53,288 nucleotides of DNA from a virus (lineage: Duplodnaviria; Caudoviricetes). The notes beneath the pieces were generated by a model. That model searched no databases and was not told where the DNA came from. It saw only the letters and a program-made list of their open reading frames with translations. The first letter of the stretch is position 1, and each line of letters starts with the position of its first letter. The stretch spans positions 1-53,288 of the IMG/VR virus record IMGVR_UViG_3300044499_000082; one strand, given 5' to 3'. Shown here piece after piece: positions 1-9,202 of the stretch. The position numbers were made by a program, and so were the translations under genes.

Positions 1-449
1 CAGAAGCCCTCGTAGTCATGCGCCACCAGGCGCGCCTTATCTTTCTCGTCGTCATAGTCCGTATGGCAGAGCTCGTGAAAAACGATCGCTTCCACCTGAT
101 AGCGCGTGAGCCTGAGCGCGCGCACATGATCGGCGGAAAGAGAGACGATGAAATCGGCGTCGCAGAATTTGGCCAACAATCCCTTGGGGCGTTGGCAACG
201 GCCGAGCACGGCTTTGCCGTGCGACTGCCCGCCGGATTCCTTCCAGAGGTAGACGATCTTCAATTCTTTGAGGTAGCCGAAGCCGCCTTGCTTCTCGATC
301 AGAGCTTCGCCGATTACCTGCAAATCGTCGGCTTCGAGGTACTCCAAGCCGGCCTTCTCGAACTCCCCCGGGGCCGGCATCGGATAGATTTGCTCGGGAT
401 CGCCGCCGGTGATGAGCTTTTTGGTCGCTTTCGGTTGAGGTTTGGCCAT
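1..449 (-). CDS. Putative phage metallopeptidase (3'-truncated by window edge)
   Basis: Manual translation from ATG 449: MAKPQPK...IVYLW...FHELCH...AHDYEGF; HExxH plus downstream HDxExF motif; no stop before base 1. Confidence 0.7.
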   Translation of the reverse strand, partial: MAKPQPKATKKLITGGDPEQIYPMPAPGEFEKAGLEYLEADDLQVIGEALIEKQGGFGYLKELKIVYLWKESGGQSHGKAVLGRCQRPKGLLAKFCDADFIVSLSADHVRALRLTRYQVEAIVFHELCHTDYDDEKDKARLVAHDYEGF

Positions 450-453
450 GGGC

Positions 454-690
454 TCACTTCCTATAGCGGTCTTCCTGCAGCGCCATCGACGGAAAGAAGC
501 AACAGGCCTCCGAGAAAGTCATCTTGTTGCCGTATTTCCGGACCCAGTTCGGATCGCGGCCGGCGCCGATATAAGCGGCGTAATCGTTCACCGAACCTTC
601 AACTAGAATCACCGTGATATCGGTTCGCCGCAGGACCGATCCGGGTCCGGGAATACTGAGCTTTACGCTCGAGAGAATTTTGGCATCCAC
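454..690 (-). CDS. Hypothetical protein
   Basis: Part of ORF 454..774; likely GTG start at 690 just after the upstream gene stop at 701. Confidence 0.5.
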   Translation of the reverse strand: MDAKILSSVKLSIPGPGSVLRRTDITVILVEGSVNDYAAYIGAGRDPNWVRKYGNKMTFSEACCFFPSMALQEDRYRK

Positions 691-700
691 GATCGCCTCG

Positions 701-922
701 CTAGATGACCAGGCGCAGCGGGATCGCTGCGATTTCCGGCGACGGCGGACGGTGTTCCTGCAGCTCGCGTTCAAAGTCGGCTTGATCTTCGTCCCGTTCG
801 ACGCCGATGCGGGTGATGTAGCAATGGCAGCGAATGCCGCTATCGGTTTTCCCCTCCCAGATCCTGGCCGGCAGGCCGTTGAGCCATACCTCTTTGGTCG
901 TGCTTTCGATGGTGATTCTCAT
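701..922 (-). CDS. Hypothetical phage protein
   Basis: 73 aa ORF with ATGA coupling to ParB gene. Confidence 0.65.
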   Translation of the reverse strand: MRITIESTTKEVWLNGLPARIWEGKTDSGIRCHCYITRIGVERDEDQADFERELQEHRPPSPEIAAIPLRLVI

Positions 923-2796
923 CGGTGCGTCTCCCTCTTCTTAGACGCTGGCTTCTTCTTCGATGCTTTTTTCTTCGCCTTCGTGGCCATCGCTTTCCCC
1001 TCCTTTCCTTCGGATGTGATTCGATTCAACTTGTGACCCATGGCGCTGCATGACGTGCAGAGACCTCGATTGGTTTGCTCTTCAAGTTCGGTCCACGAGC
1101 AGCCCATGTTCGTGCCCTCGACCTCTACGACGCAAGCCTTCCCTTCCGTGCAGCCGCAATGAATGCAGGTCGGCTCTTTGAACGTTCCACCATGCAGGGC
1201 GTGAACTACGGCGCCGCCCTTTTTCTCGCTCGCCTTTGCAGACGCCTGCGGTTTTTCCTTCGGCATAAACTCCTTGAGAATCGCGGGCACGTCGACGCCG
1301 AATTGCTTCATGCGCTTGGAAAAGTCGTCGATCTCCCCGCCCCTGTCGTTGGATTCCATCCGCGCCAAGAACATGGAGAGCACGAGCACGCGCCCGAGCG
1401 CCTCGGCGGACTTAGGTTCACCCATGAACTTGATCGCTTTCTTGAAATCATTCCTACTGATTTCAGAATAGAATTCCTCGAAGAATTCATCGACGACGGA
1501 CATCAGGTTGACGAGCTTCGCGGTCTTGAACTTGGCCGCGCACGCCTCGATGATCTTCGGCTGCGCCTTGTTCCAGGCGTCTTGTTGGGTCTGACGCACC
1601 AACTCCTCGTGCTTCTGCCGCGCCGCTTCGGCCTGACGTTTCAGGACCGCGGCCGGCGATTCGCCCTTTTTCGGTTCAGCGCTCGCCGGCGCACTATAGC
1701 TCGCCCGCATCCGCCGATACTCCGCGCGCTCTTTGCCCCAGTGGGGCTTGCAGTCCTTATTGGCGCAGACGACGAGCTTCTCGCCCCTTTGGGCTCCGAG
1801 CACGATCACGCCCAGCGCGCTCTTGTCGCATTGCGGGTGTCCCTTGGTGCCGTCGGCGAGCTTCCAGGTCCTGCCGGTGAAGATCCGCCCGGTCAATCCC
1901 TCCTTGGCGGCCGGCTGCACGTAGATTTCGTGCGTGATCTGGATGATCTTGGGCCGCTTCGGCGATTTCGCGAACGCCTCTTCGACGGCGGCCGCGGTTT
2001 CGGGGAACAGGTCGGGAACGATCGGCGCCTTGTAGTCCAGGCGGACGTGGGTGGCGATCCAGTGGTCGAACTCCCGCACCGAGGTGTGTTTGACTTCCGA
2101 GTACACTGCGTCGAATTCTTCTACCTTCGTTAGTTTCTTGCTTCCCCGCTTTTCCATATCTGCGGCCGATTCCCCGTCCATGCCCGAGTCGTCGAACAGC
2201 GTGTGCTCGACCGTAAACAGGCCGCCCGCGTCGGGATCGATCGCCCGCTTCTGATCGTCGGGGTACAACCGCGCCAGCAAGATCGCGTGGCCTGCGGTCA
2301 TCTTGCCGGCGAGCAACAGTCGCTTGGCCTCCGGGATAAGTTCAAGGAGCTTCACGCGGTCGTACACGAATTTTTCGGACTGACCGATCTTATGCGCCAG
2401 GCTCTTGACGTCGTAGGCGTCTTTGAAGCCAAGCAGCGCCTTGTAGCCCGCCGCCTGTTCGAGCGGGTTTGTGTCCTCGCTCTGGTCATTCTCTATGACC
2501 ATGATTTCGAGGACCTGTTGATCGCCAAGATCCCGAACGATGGTCGGCAGCTCAGCCAGCTCGGCGATCCCCGCGGCGCGATAGCGCCGGCTGCCGGCGA
2601 CGATCTCAAAGTCGCCAGGCTTTGATCCCCGGTGCGACGCTATGCGCACCACGATCGGCTGGATGATGCCAACACCCTTGATCGAGTCGGCCAGCTCCTG
2701 GAGCTTCTTCTGATCGTAATGTTTTCTCGGATTGAGCGGCGATTCGAGCAATCTTTCTCGCCGAACGAACTGTAATGCGTTTTCTTGTGGTTCCAT
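919..2796 (-). CDS. ParB/RepB/Spo0J family protein with C-terminal Cys-rich domain
   Basis: SPLNPRK, GIIQPIVVR, IVAGSRRYRAA (ParB CTP-binding motif), EN..ED.NPLEQA followed by HTH; C-terminal CxxCGC...CSW...CxxC. Confidence 0.9.
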   Translation of the reverse strand: MEPQENALQFVRRERLLESPLNPRKHYDQKKLQELADSIKGVGIIQPIVVRIASHRGSKPGDFEIVAGSRRYRAAGIAELAELPTIVRDLGDQQVLEIMVIENDQSEDTNPLEQAAGYKALLGFKDAYDVKSLAHKIGQSEKFVYDRVKLLELIPEAKRLLLAGKMTAGHAILLARLYPDDQKRAIDPDAGGLFTVEHTLFDDSGMDGESAADMEKRGSKKLTKVEEFDAVYSEVKHTSVREFDHWIATHVRLDYKAPIVPDLFPETAAAVEEAFAKSPKRPKIIQITHEIYVQPAAKEGLTGRIFTGRTWKLADGTKGHPQCDKSALGVIVLGAQRGEKLVVCANKDCKPHWGKERAEYRRMRASYSAPASAEPKKGESPAAVLKRQAEAARQKHEELVRQTQQDAWNKAQPKIIEACAAKFKTAKLVNLMSVVDEFFEEFYSEISRNDFKKAIKFMGEPKSAEALGRVLVLSMFLARMESNDRGGEIDDFSKRMKQFGVDVPAILKEFMPKEKPQASAKASEKKGGAVVHALHGGTFKEPTCIHCGCTEGKACVVEVEGTNMGCSWTELEEQTNRGLCTSCSAMGHKLNRITSEGKEGKAMATKAKKKASKKKPASKKRETHR

Positions 2797-2808
2797 CAGT
2801 TTCTCCCT

Positions 2809-3531
2809 CTAATGTGTTTTTCGAGACTGACTCATCATGTGATCCGGCCAGGATGCAAAAAACTGTCGGGCCTTGGACGGAGCCCCTTCGAAGCCCCTCC
2901 GAAGCCCCTCCCCTTCCTCTTCTCTCCCCAGACCCCTCTTAACTCTTTCAGGAACAGGATCAGGATCAGGACCAAGGCCCCTTCGGAGCCCCTTCGAAGC
3001 CCCTTGCTTATCCACAGGTTTATCCACAGAAGGACCGTCTATAAGGGGCTCTGAAGCCCCTTCCGACCCCTCCGAAGCCCCTCCGGTGCCCCTTCGGAGC
3101 CCCTTCGAAGCCCCATCGGAGGGGCTTAGGTGGAAGAGCTTCCCGTAGCGGTCCAAGAACTGTTTTTTGAACTCGACATGAAGGGTCTGATCGAGTTGCC
3201 GCTGCATCGCGTGGACCCGGTTGTCTTTGGGATTGAGAGCAGGCGCGACCTGAGTGGCCGCGTAACTGGGAATGTAAATCGTTTTTGCCGGCTCATCGTA
3301 AAAAGCGAATTCTGACTTTCTCAGAACTTCAAAGGCTTCACGGATCAACTCTTCGGAAAAGCCGGTGTCGTAGTGAACGTATTCGATCGGGAGATGATAG
3401 ATCCCGATCATATTGGAATGCGGGCTACTCATCAGGTAAGCAATCATCGCGATCGCGAGAGGGTTTCCCTTGATCAGCGCTCCCATGTCGTCCGGCCAAA
3501 AACTCGTTGGAATGGTGCCGTAACTCCGCAT
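2809..3531 (-). CDS. Phage replication initiator (lambda O-like organisation)
   Basis: N-terminal YLMSSPHSNMIGIYHLP...DTG motif typical of phage replisome organisers; internal iteron array; position in early operon. Confidence 0.75.
   Translation of the reverse strand: MRSYGTIPTSFWPDDMGALIKGNPLAIAMIAYLMSSPHSNMIGIYHLPIEYVHYDTGFSEELIREAFEVLRKSEFAFYDEPAKTIYIPSYAATQVAPALNPKDNRVHAMQRQLDQTLHVEFKKQFLDRYGKLFHLSPSDGASKGLRRGTGGASEGSEGASEPLIDGPSVDKPVDKQGASKGLRRGLGPDPDPVPERVKRGLGREEEGEGLRRGFEGAPSKARQFFASWPDHMMSQSRKTH
2879..3127. repeat. Replication origin: ~11-bp iterons (GAAGCCCCTTC-like) in direct and inverted orientation
   Basis: About a dozen degenerate (G/A)AGCCCCT(T/C)CG units at 2881-2910, 2975-3005 and 3043-3127, inside the initiator gene. 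Confidence 0.85.
3008..3028 (+). promoter_or_regulatory. Two tandem perfect DnaA boxes
   Basis: TTATCCACA at 3008-3016 and 3020-3028, between iteron clusters. Confidence 0.8.
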
Positions 3532-3541
3532 CGCACTCTCG

Positions 3542-3584
3542 AAAAAAAAGATCCCCGGGACGGTGGCAACTCCGCCCCGGGGTC
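3542..3584 (-). terminator. Intrinsic terminator/attenuator just upstream of the initiator gene
   Basis: Minus strand CCCCGGGGCGG-loop-CCGTCCCGGGG followed by ATC and T8. Confidence 0.6.
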
Positions 3585-3606
3585 TGGGGCCTGACCGTAA
3601 TCGTCT

Positions 3607-5256
3607 TCAAGCAACGACCGACGATTCACCTCTGATCTTGCGGCCGTTGTTTGCGGCCCTCGCCTTTTTCTTACCCGATGGTTTTCTCGCGTTGGCTTCG
3701 GCAACGAGCACGTCGATCTCGGCGCGGCGATCTTCCGCAAGGGCGTTGATCTGCTCCTGCATTTCCGGAGCGAGCTTTTCCAAGACCGGCGCGAAGCCTT
3801 CCTCGATCTGCTCGAGCTCTTCGGTGTTAGTGGCGGCCGCGAACAATTCCGTCATGGCCTGGATCGGATCAGTCTTGACCTTCTCCATGGCCTCGGCGGC
3901 TTTGGCGGCAAGGTCCGTCGCCGACCCTTTCTCCGCGGCCGAACCAAACTCCGGGATCTGATCGTCCTCGCCGGGCGCAGCGGCCGGCGCCGGCGCGGCG
4001 GTATCGCCCTTGTCGAAGCGGTTCTTCTCCTCGGCCAGAAACGACGTGACGTTCTCGTAATCGCCCTTGTCGTACATCTTTTCCAAAAGCTCGTAGTTCT
4101 TGGCCACGTAGCGGGAAAGATATTCGATGCAATCGAGGCCGACTTTGAGCTCCGCCGGCGAACGTTCGGCCAGGGCGGATTTCGACCGGGTGTTGAACTG
4201 GAGATTGAAAATGATCGACTTCAGTTGCTTCTCCATCCCGCCGCTGCCAGGAATCCACTGCTGGTAAACGCCGTCGATCTCCTCGAGGAGAACATCCACC
4301 TGGCGGCGCCGTTCGTAATAACCCTCGGCGTTGCCCTTGCTAAAGAGCGGACCCATGGGCGTCGGCTCGGGAATCTGTTTCTGCTCGACGGGATTGCCGG
4401 CGGCGAGAAATTTCCAGACCGGCCGGAAAACTTTCCACACCGGTTCAAAGTCCCAGAGCTTGTCGTTGGTGGGATTCTGCGGCCGGAAGATGAACTGTTT
4501 GCCATCAATCAAACGAGAGCGATCCTTCAGGATCGACGCGCGCCGGTACGTGACGACTCCCCGTTTTTGGATATCCTGCAGCCGCTCCATCAACACAACG
4601 ACGTCGGGCTCGTAGGCAAGCTCGTTATCGCCGCGGAGCTTGACGGCGGTGGCGTGGAATTCTTTCTTCTGGGTCTCTTCGTTGATCTCCATCGTGTACT
4701 CCCAGGAAGCGCGTCCTGTGAAAAACACATGGCAGTTTTGCGCGTCGACGAACGGCGTGGTGAACTGCTTCTTCCATTCCGGCTTCAAAACCATCGCGTC
4801 GCCGGGATAAACGACGGGACGCTGTTTTTCCTCGCTGAACTGGCGCAGCATCTCCTCATACAGATGGGTCACCGTATCGATCATGAAGATGCCGTGCTCG
4901 CGGTTGCACAGCTCGAGAATTTTACCGAAGTCGATGAGACTGCGCGACGAGGTGACGAAAAGGTTTTTCCCTTCGACGAGGCCGTAGTGATTGAGAAACG
5001 GTACGATGAACTTCGCCGACTTCTCGGTATCCTGGAGGCAGACGATTTTTTTCTTCCCTTCTTCCGCCCAGATACCGACTATAGTCAGGATCATGGTGAG
5101 AGTTTTTCCACTGCCTGCGAAGCCTTGATAGGACATTTTGAGCGGCGTCCAGACGTCTGTGGTGGACTGAAATAGCCCGCTCGATGCGAACGAATTTGGC
5201 GCGTTAGTGTTTTTAAGAACCGGAGGCGCCCCGGTCGTGTTAGTATTTTCGTCCAT
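3607..5256 (-). CDS. P-loop ATPase, AAA_24/Sak4-like recombination protein
   Basis: Walker A GFAGSGKT, DTEKS, Walker B FMIDTVT, YEPDVVVLM, ILKDRS. Confidence 0.75.
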   Translation of the reverse strand: MDENTNTTGAPPVLKNTNAPNSFASSGLFQSTTDVWTPLKMSYQGFAGSGKTLTMILTIVGIWAEEGKKKIVCLQDTEKSAKFIVPFLNHYGLVEGKNLFVTSSRSLIDFGKILELCNREHGIFMIDTVTHLYEEMLRQFSEEKQRPVVYPGDAMVLKPEWKKQFTTPFVDAQNCHVFFTGRASWEYTMEINEETQKKEFHATAVKLRGDNELAYEPDVVVLMERLQDIQKRGVVTYRRASILKDRSRLIDGKQFIFRPQNPTNDKLWDFEPVWKVFRPVWKFLAAGNPVEQKQIPEPTPMGPLFSKGNAEGYYERRRQVDVLLEEIDGVYQQWIPGSGGMEKQLKSIIFNLQFNTRSKSALAERSPAELKVGLDCIEYLSRYVAKNYELLEKMYDKGDYENVTSFLAEEKNRFDKGDTAAPAPAAAPGEDDQIPEFGSAAEKGSATDLAAKAAEAMEKVKTDPIQAMTELFAAATNTEELEQIEEGFAPVLEKLAPEMQEQINALAEDRRAEIDVLVAEANARKPSGKKKARAANNGRKIRGESSVVA

Positions 5257-5324
5257 GAGATTTTTCCTTTCCTTCGTTTTTGCCTGCCTATTCGGCAGAC
5301 AGATGGGTTGATAAGTGGCCTGCC

Positions 5325-5846
5325 TTAGCTGCCTCGATCCTCCTCGGGCGGCGCGCGGGCATTCTCCTTGCTCATTTGTTTTCTTTCAAGATACCTCAAG
5401 GACTTAGCTCTATTGCATGCCCTGCACGCTCTTTCACCATTAAGCTGTATGTACAAGTTTTCGCCGGAGTAAGGGTGTCCGTTGCGGCAGTGAGTTTTTC
5501 GCTTATTATGGCCGTTCGAATCGCCACGACTGTTATTTATGCGACCGGTTACTGGTTGGAGATGACCAGGATTAACACATCTTCGGTGAAGACAATTGAC
5601 TCCATCGGTGCACCCGCTCCCGTTATGGCACATATGATCTAATTCTAATCCGACAGGGATTGGGCCGTTGTACATCTCATATGAAACGCGGTGAGATTTC
5701 AGCATTTTACCGTCAAGCCAAAACTGGCCATAGCCGTCTTCGCTTATATAAGCGATCCATAACCAACAACCCGTATTAGGTTCGGGCATGTACTTCGCCT
5801 CGAACCTCTCGAGGATCGGTGCTCTTGCGTAAATGCCTTTAGGCAT
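5325..5846 (-). CDS. HNH homing-type endonuclease
   Basis: GCWLW...GYGQF...HRVSY...LDHMC...CVNPGHL...N; C-terminal THCRNGH..RACRAC; start trimmed to ATG 5846. Confidence 0.9.
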   Translation of the reverse strand: MPKGIYARAPILERFEAKYMPEPNTGCWLWIAYISEDGYGQFWLDGKMLKSHRVSYEMYNGPIPVGLELDHMCHNGSGCTDGVNCLHRRCVNPGHLQPVTGRINNSRGDSNGHNKRKTHCRNGHPYSGENLYIQLNGERACRACNRAKSLRYLERKQMSKENARAPPEEDRGS

Positions 5847-6006
5847 CGCGTTGCAATTCCCCCTGCGCGTCTTGCTCCCGACGCGCAGGTTCCACCGCCG
5901 CACGGATCGTCTCAGCGCATTCCGCGCATGCCTTGGCGCTGGTGAAGCCAGAGATGGGCACCAGTTCGCCTAGCGAGTAGCGATGGCAGAAGGCACAGAA
6001 ATTCAT
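5839..6006 (-). CDS. Small Cys-rich hypothetical protein
   Basis: CAFC...CAEC; coupled to neighbours. Confidence 0.5.
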   Translation of the reverse strand: MNFCAFCHRYSLGELVPISGFTSAKACAECAETIRAAVEPARREQDAQGELQRDA

Positions 6007-6191
6007 CGCACAATCCTTTCGAACTCCACGTCGCAATGCCGCCGCCCCCGGTCCGGTGGCTTGATCGCAACCAGCCGGTACCCGGCTTTCTTGCGGTCGT
6101 CGACGACCGCCTTGAGCACCAGCGCGCTGTTCGGCAACCCGGTGATCCGCTGGCGCGTGCGGCGCGGCGTGAGAGTGGTCTCGATCTTCAT
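6003..6191 (-). CDS. Hypothetical protein
   Basis: ATG 6191, ATGA overlap with next gene. Confidence 0.5.
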   Translation of the reverse strand: MKIETTLTPRRTRQRITGLPNSALVLKAVVDDRKKAGYRLVAIKPPDRGRRHCDVEFERIVR

Positions 6192-6214
6192 GATTTTTTC
6201 TTTTCCCCAGTGAT

Positions 6215-6397
6215 TCAATCCGGCTTCATGCCATTGGCCAGGCAACTGGCGATATTGGCAGTGCGGCGTTGTTCTGCCTCGATGGCGTCAATCCGTCTGC
6301 ACAACGCCAGTAAAATATCGAGGATAGCGTTGATTGCCTTCGGCGTCGGTGCCACTTCGCATTGCGAGATTAGATCTTCAATTGAAAATTGATCCAT
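6215..6397 (-). CDS. Hypothetical protein
   Basis: GAGGAG RBS then ATG 6397. Confidence 0.55.
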   Translation of the reverse strand: MDQFSIEDLISQCEVAPTPKAINAILDILLALCRRIDAIEAEQRRTANIASCLANGMKPD

Positions 6398-6792
6398 CGA
6401 TATCTCCTCAGTCGATGCAGATGTCCGGGCGGTGCATCCAGTAATGATTGCAATAGCGGAGGTACTCCAGCCGCGATTGAAACTGAGACTGGCGCACACG
6501 ATACGGCTGGGCCTGCGGCAGAGCGCAAGCGCTCAGAGCCAAAACACACAAAGCGAAAAACATCGATCTCTTCATGATTCTTCCTCCTCTGCCCTGTGGA
6601 TACTCCACGGGGCGGCTGTTCGAGAAAACGCAGCCCATCGAAGATGACTCGCCAGGAAACCTCGCTGGATTCTTTCTCCGACGTGTAGATGCCTTCCCGG
6701 GCGATGCGCGTGAGAAGATCTTCGACTGTCCTGGTGTCCGCGCCTGCCTGTGCTCTGGCAGACAGGCCGGCCTGATCGGTTTCGTTATTCAT
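6370..6792 (-). CDS. Hypothetical protein, C-terminus probably frameshifted by a 23-bp palindrome insertion
   Basis: ATGA-coupled to cro; removing 6591-6613 restores a stop overlapping the ATG at 6575. Confidence 0.5.
   Translation of the reverse strand: MNNETDQAGLSARAQAGADTRTVEDLLTRIAREGIYTSEKESSEVSWRVIFDGLRFLEQPPRGVSTGQRRKNHEEIDVFRFVCFGSERLRSAAGPAVSCAPVSVSIAAGVPPLLQSLLDAPPGHLHRLRRYRWINFQLKI
6408..6575 (-). CDS. Small putative lipoprotein
   Basis: MKRSMFFALCVLALSAC: signal peptide with lipobox LSAC; GGAGG RBS. Confidence 0.65.
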   Translation of the reverse strand: MKRSMFFALCVLALSACALPQAQPYRVRQSQFQSRLEYLRYCNHYWMHRPDICID

Positions 6793-7028
6793 TCTCTTCG
6801 CTCCTCCAGTTCCGCAGTCTGTGTGTCATCTGCGCGTAGCTCTTCAATGGTAATTTCGAGCGCGCGAGCGAGCCGTTTTTCTAATCGCGCGCTGGTCATC
6901 TTGCGGTTTATAAAAAGAGCCATTGCGGCGCTCGATACGTGGCATGCACGCGCTAACTGCGCCTGAGTGATGCTTTTTGCCTTCAATCTCGTCTTGACTT
7001 CATCTGGCGTCATATGCATAAGTCCCAT
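6789..7028 (-). CDS. Cro-like XRE HTH regulator
   Basis: ITQAQLARACHVSSAAMALFIN HTH; short; divergent from the repressor (start may be 7013). Confidence 0.85.
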   Translation of the reverse strand: MGLMHMTPDEVKTRLKAKSITQAQLARACHVSSAAMALFINRKMTSARLEKRLARALEITIEELRADDTQTAELEERRE

Positions 7029-7038
7029 GCTAAGCTAG

Positions 7039-7088
7039 TAACTAAGTTAGCGGTAACTTAATCCGAACTAAATCACTTGTCAAGTGAT
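7039..7088. promoter_or_regulatory. Lysis-lysogeny switch operators
   Basis: AT-rich divergent spacer with palindromes TAAGTTA-N4-TAACTTA (7043-7060) and ATCACTTG-T-CAAGTGAT (7072-7088). Confidence 0.7.
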
Positions 7089-7099
7089 AAATTACAACG

Positions 7100-7552
7100 A
7101 TGGAAACAAATAACGGAACGCTCTTGCGGGAAATGGGCAACAAGTTGGCGAATTTTCGGAAGAAATTAGCCGTGGCGAGTGGTTTAAAAAAAATCACTCA
7201 GCCTCAATTTGGACAGATGTTCGGTGGATATACCAAGCGAGAAATCAATTCTTATGAAACCGGAGCCGTCGGCATTCCTGGACGATTGTTTTACCTGATA
7301 TGGAAAAGTGGCAACTCTATTGACGGGATTTTTGGTGAAAGGGATATAGGGGAAAAGGGACGGGATGTGGCACGGGAATTGAGTTATGAACCCCCGGTTA
7401 CTCCATCGGAATTGCTCGATGTTGCACACTCCAAAGGAAGATCGGGAACTTCTAAGGCGTTTGAGGAAGATGAATCTCGCGGACCTCACAGCGCTCAAAA
7501 GGAAGGTTTTGACACTGCTAAACCGGGCGCGGCTAAGAAGCGTCGTTCGTGA
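7100..7552 (+). CDS. CI-like XRE HTH repressor
   Basis: ITQPQFGQMFGGYTKREINSYETG HTH; divergent from cro; no S24 peptidase domain recognised. Confidence 0.75.
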   Translation: METNNGTLLREMGNKLANFRKKLAVASGLKKITQPQFGQMFGGYTKREINSYETGAVGIPGRLFYLIWKSGNSIDGIFGERDIGEKGRDVARELSYEPPVTPSELLDVAHSKGRSGTSKAFEEDESRGPHSAQKEGFDTAKPGAAKKRRS

Positions 7553-7612
7553 CAATAAAGCTGACCAAGAAGACGAACGATAAAAATTGTACTACCCAAG
7601 TAGAAACTACTG

Positions 7613-8119
7613 ATGGCCCGACGCCGCAAGCCCATGTCTCTCAAGAAAGCGCAACGCCTCTGTCGGCAGATCAGCGCCGAGCCTGCCGATTTTTCGCGCA
7701 TAGAAGCGGCGCTCGCCTCCCAGTGGTCCACGGTGCCAGCGCCGAGCGACGTGTTTTGGACGGTCGCGAATGAACGGCTATTGCGTTTGGCTCGAGAAGA
7801 AAAATGGCGCGAGCTGTCGACTGTCTATCGGATGATGGCGATGACGCTTTACGACGAAGAACGGCCCTTCGATCATGTATTGAAGGAAGCTCACAACGCC
7901 CAGATTCTCGAATACAAATCAATCTCGAAAACCTCTTATGGCGCGCATTACAAGGGTGTGCGCATTCTTTCAAGGGGTTGCTGCAACGAATGTGATCGGT
8001 TGAACGGAGGAACATATACCTTTGATCAGGCACTTACGGAAGCGACCTTGCCTCATGCGGAGTGCACGCGCGGTTGGTGTAACTGCTCTTGGGAAACGTG
8101 GATATCAAAAGGGAGGTAG
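7613..8119 (+). CDS. Hypothetical protein with C-terminal Cys/His metal-binding domain
   Basis: CCNEC..LNG...LPH.EC...WCNC, resembling the MuF-type C-terminal motif. Confidence 0.65.
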   Translation: MARRRKPMSLKKAQRLCRQISAEPADFSRIEAALASQWSTVPAPSDVFWTVANERLLRLAREEKWRELSTVYRMMAMTLYDEERPFDHVLKEAHNAQILEYKSISKTSYGAHYKGVRILSRGCCNECDRLNGGTYTFDQALTEATLPHAECTRGWCNCSWETWISKGR

Positions 8120-8216
8120 CTGGCATCTGCTCCCGCGCGGATGATTTTTATCCTCATCCGACAACGCCAAGTCCTCGGCTTGAAAGATTCATACCGCAGT
8201 GATACCTTTGGTGATC

Positions 8217-8456
8217 ATGAAAGTCGCCATTTCCATTCCCAATCCGTTATTCAAGAGCGCGGAGAACCTGGCAAAAAAACTTAACAAGCCCCGCAGCCGG
8301 CTCTATGCCGAGGCGCTGGCCAATTACGTCTGGGCGCAAGATCCGCAGGCGATCACCGATAACCTCAATGAGGTTTATGGCAAGATCGAGTCCGGCGTCG
8401 ACCCCGTCCTTGAACGCTTGCAGGCCGAGACCCTGGACTCCAATGAAACGTGGTGA
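8217..8456 (+). CDS. RHH antitoxin (ChpI/MazE-like)
   Basis: MKVAISIPNPLF..AE.LAKKL...RSRLY..AL; overlaps toxin start. Confidence 0.85.
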   Translation: MKVAISIPNPLFKSAENLAKKLNKPRSRLYAEALANYVWAQDPQAITDNLNEVYGKIESGVDPVLERLQAETLDSNETW

Positions 8457-8787
8457 GATCTGGTGGGGATCGCTGCCCGAGCCTGATGGCTCGGGCCCTG
8501 GCCTGCGCCGTCCCGTGCTCATCGTGCAGTCCAATCCGTTCAATGACAGCGCGATCGCGACCGTGATCATCGCCATCATCACGTCCAATATTTCGCTCGC
8601 CCGGGCGCGCGGCAACGTGCGCATCAGCCGCGCACAATCGGGTTTGCCAAAATTATCGGTCGTCAACGTGTCGCAGCTGTACACCGTGGATAAATGCCGT
8701 CTGACCGGGTGCGTGAAAGCGCTTCCTCCGCAGCTCATGCAGCGAGTGGACGAAGGAGTGAAGCTGGTATTGGGTCTAGCGGTTTGA
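8443..8787 (+). CDS. mazF: PemK/MazF family toxin endoribonuclease
   Basis: MKRGEIWW..L..P.GS.PG.RRPVLIVQSN.FN...ITSN...SGL...SVVNVSQL.TVDK. Confidence 0.92.
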   Translation: MKRGEIWWGSLPEPDGSGPGLRRPVLIVQSNPFNDSAIATVIIAIITSNISLARARGNVRISRAQSGLPKLSVVNVSQLYTVDKCRLTGCVKALPPQLMQRVDEGVKLVLGLAV

Positions 8788-8800
8788 GTGTCGATGACTC

Positions 8801-9202
8801 ATGGCGCTCAGAAAATATCACGACGAGGGGATCGGCCGGCGCATCCGCGAGATACGAAACTCGATAGGTCTGTCCCAGGAGGAGTTCGGCAAAGCCGCCG
8901 GCAAATACTCCCAGGATACGGTGGCCAAGTGGGAGGCCGGGCAGATCCCGCCGGCCCTGGTGCTGAAAAAGATCGCGGCGCTGGCCGAACCGGCCGCCAG
9001 TGTCGACTGGCTGCTCGATGCCGGCGCGGAGCTGGATGAAGAAACGATCGTCAAATACGCCACGGCGCCGCAAGCCGCGCTGCTCAAAAAAGTCCTCGAG
9101 CTTGCCCGCGATCAGGACGCCGTTGCGCTCCTTGTCCGCCAGATCGATCTTGCCGGCGAAGTCATCGAGGCCCGCAAGCGCAAACGCCGTCATAAACCGT
9201 AG
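8801..9202 (+). CDS. XRE family HTH regulator
   Basis: IGRRIREIRNSIGLSQEEFG...VAKWEAG..P...SVDWLL. Confidence 0.9.
   Translation: MALRKYHDEGIGRRIREIRNSIGLSQEEFGKAAGKYSQDTVAKWEAGQIPPALVLKKIAALAEPAASVDWLLDAGAELDEETIVKYATAPQAALLKKVLELARDQDAVALLVRQIDLAGEVIEARKRKRRHKP

Noticed and set aside
2879-3127. CRISPR array
   Set aside because: Units are ~11 bp, degenerate, without unique spacers, and lie inside a CDS
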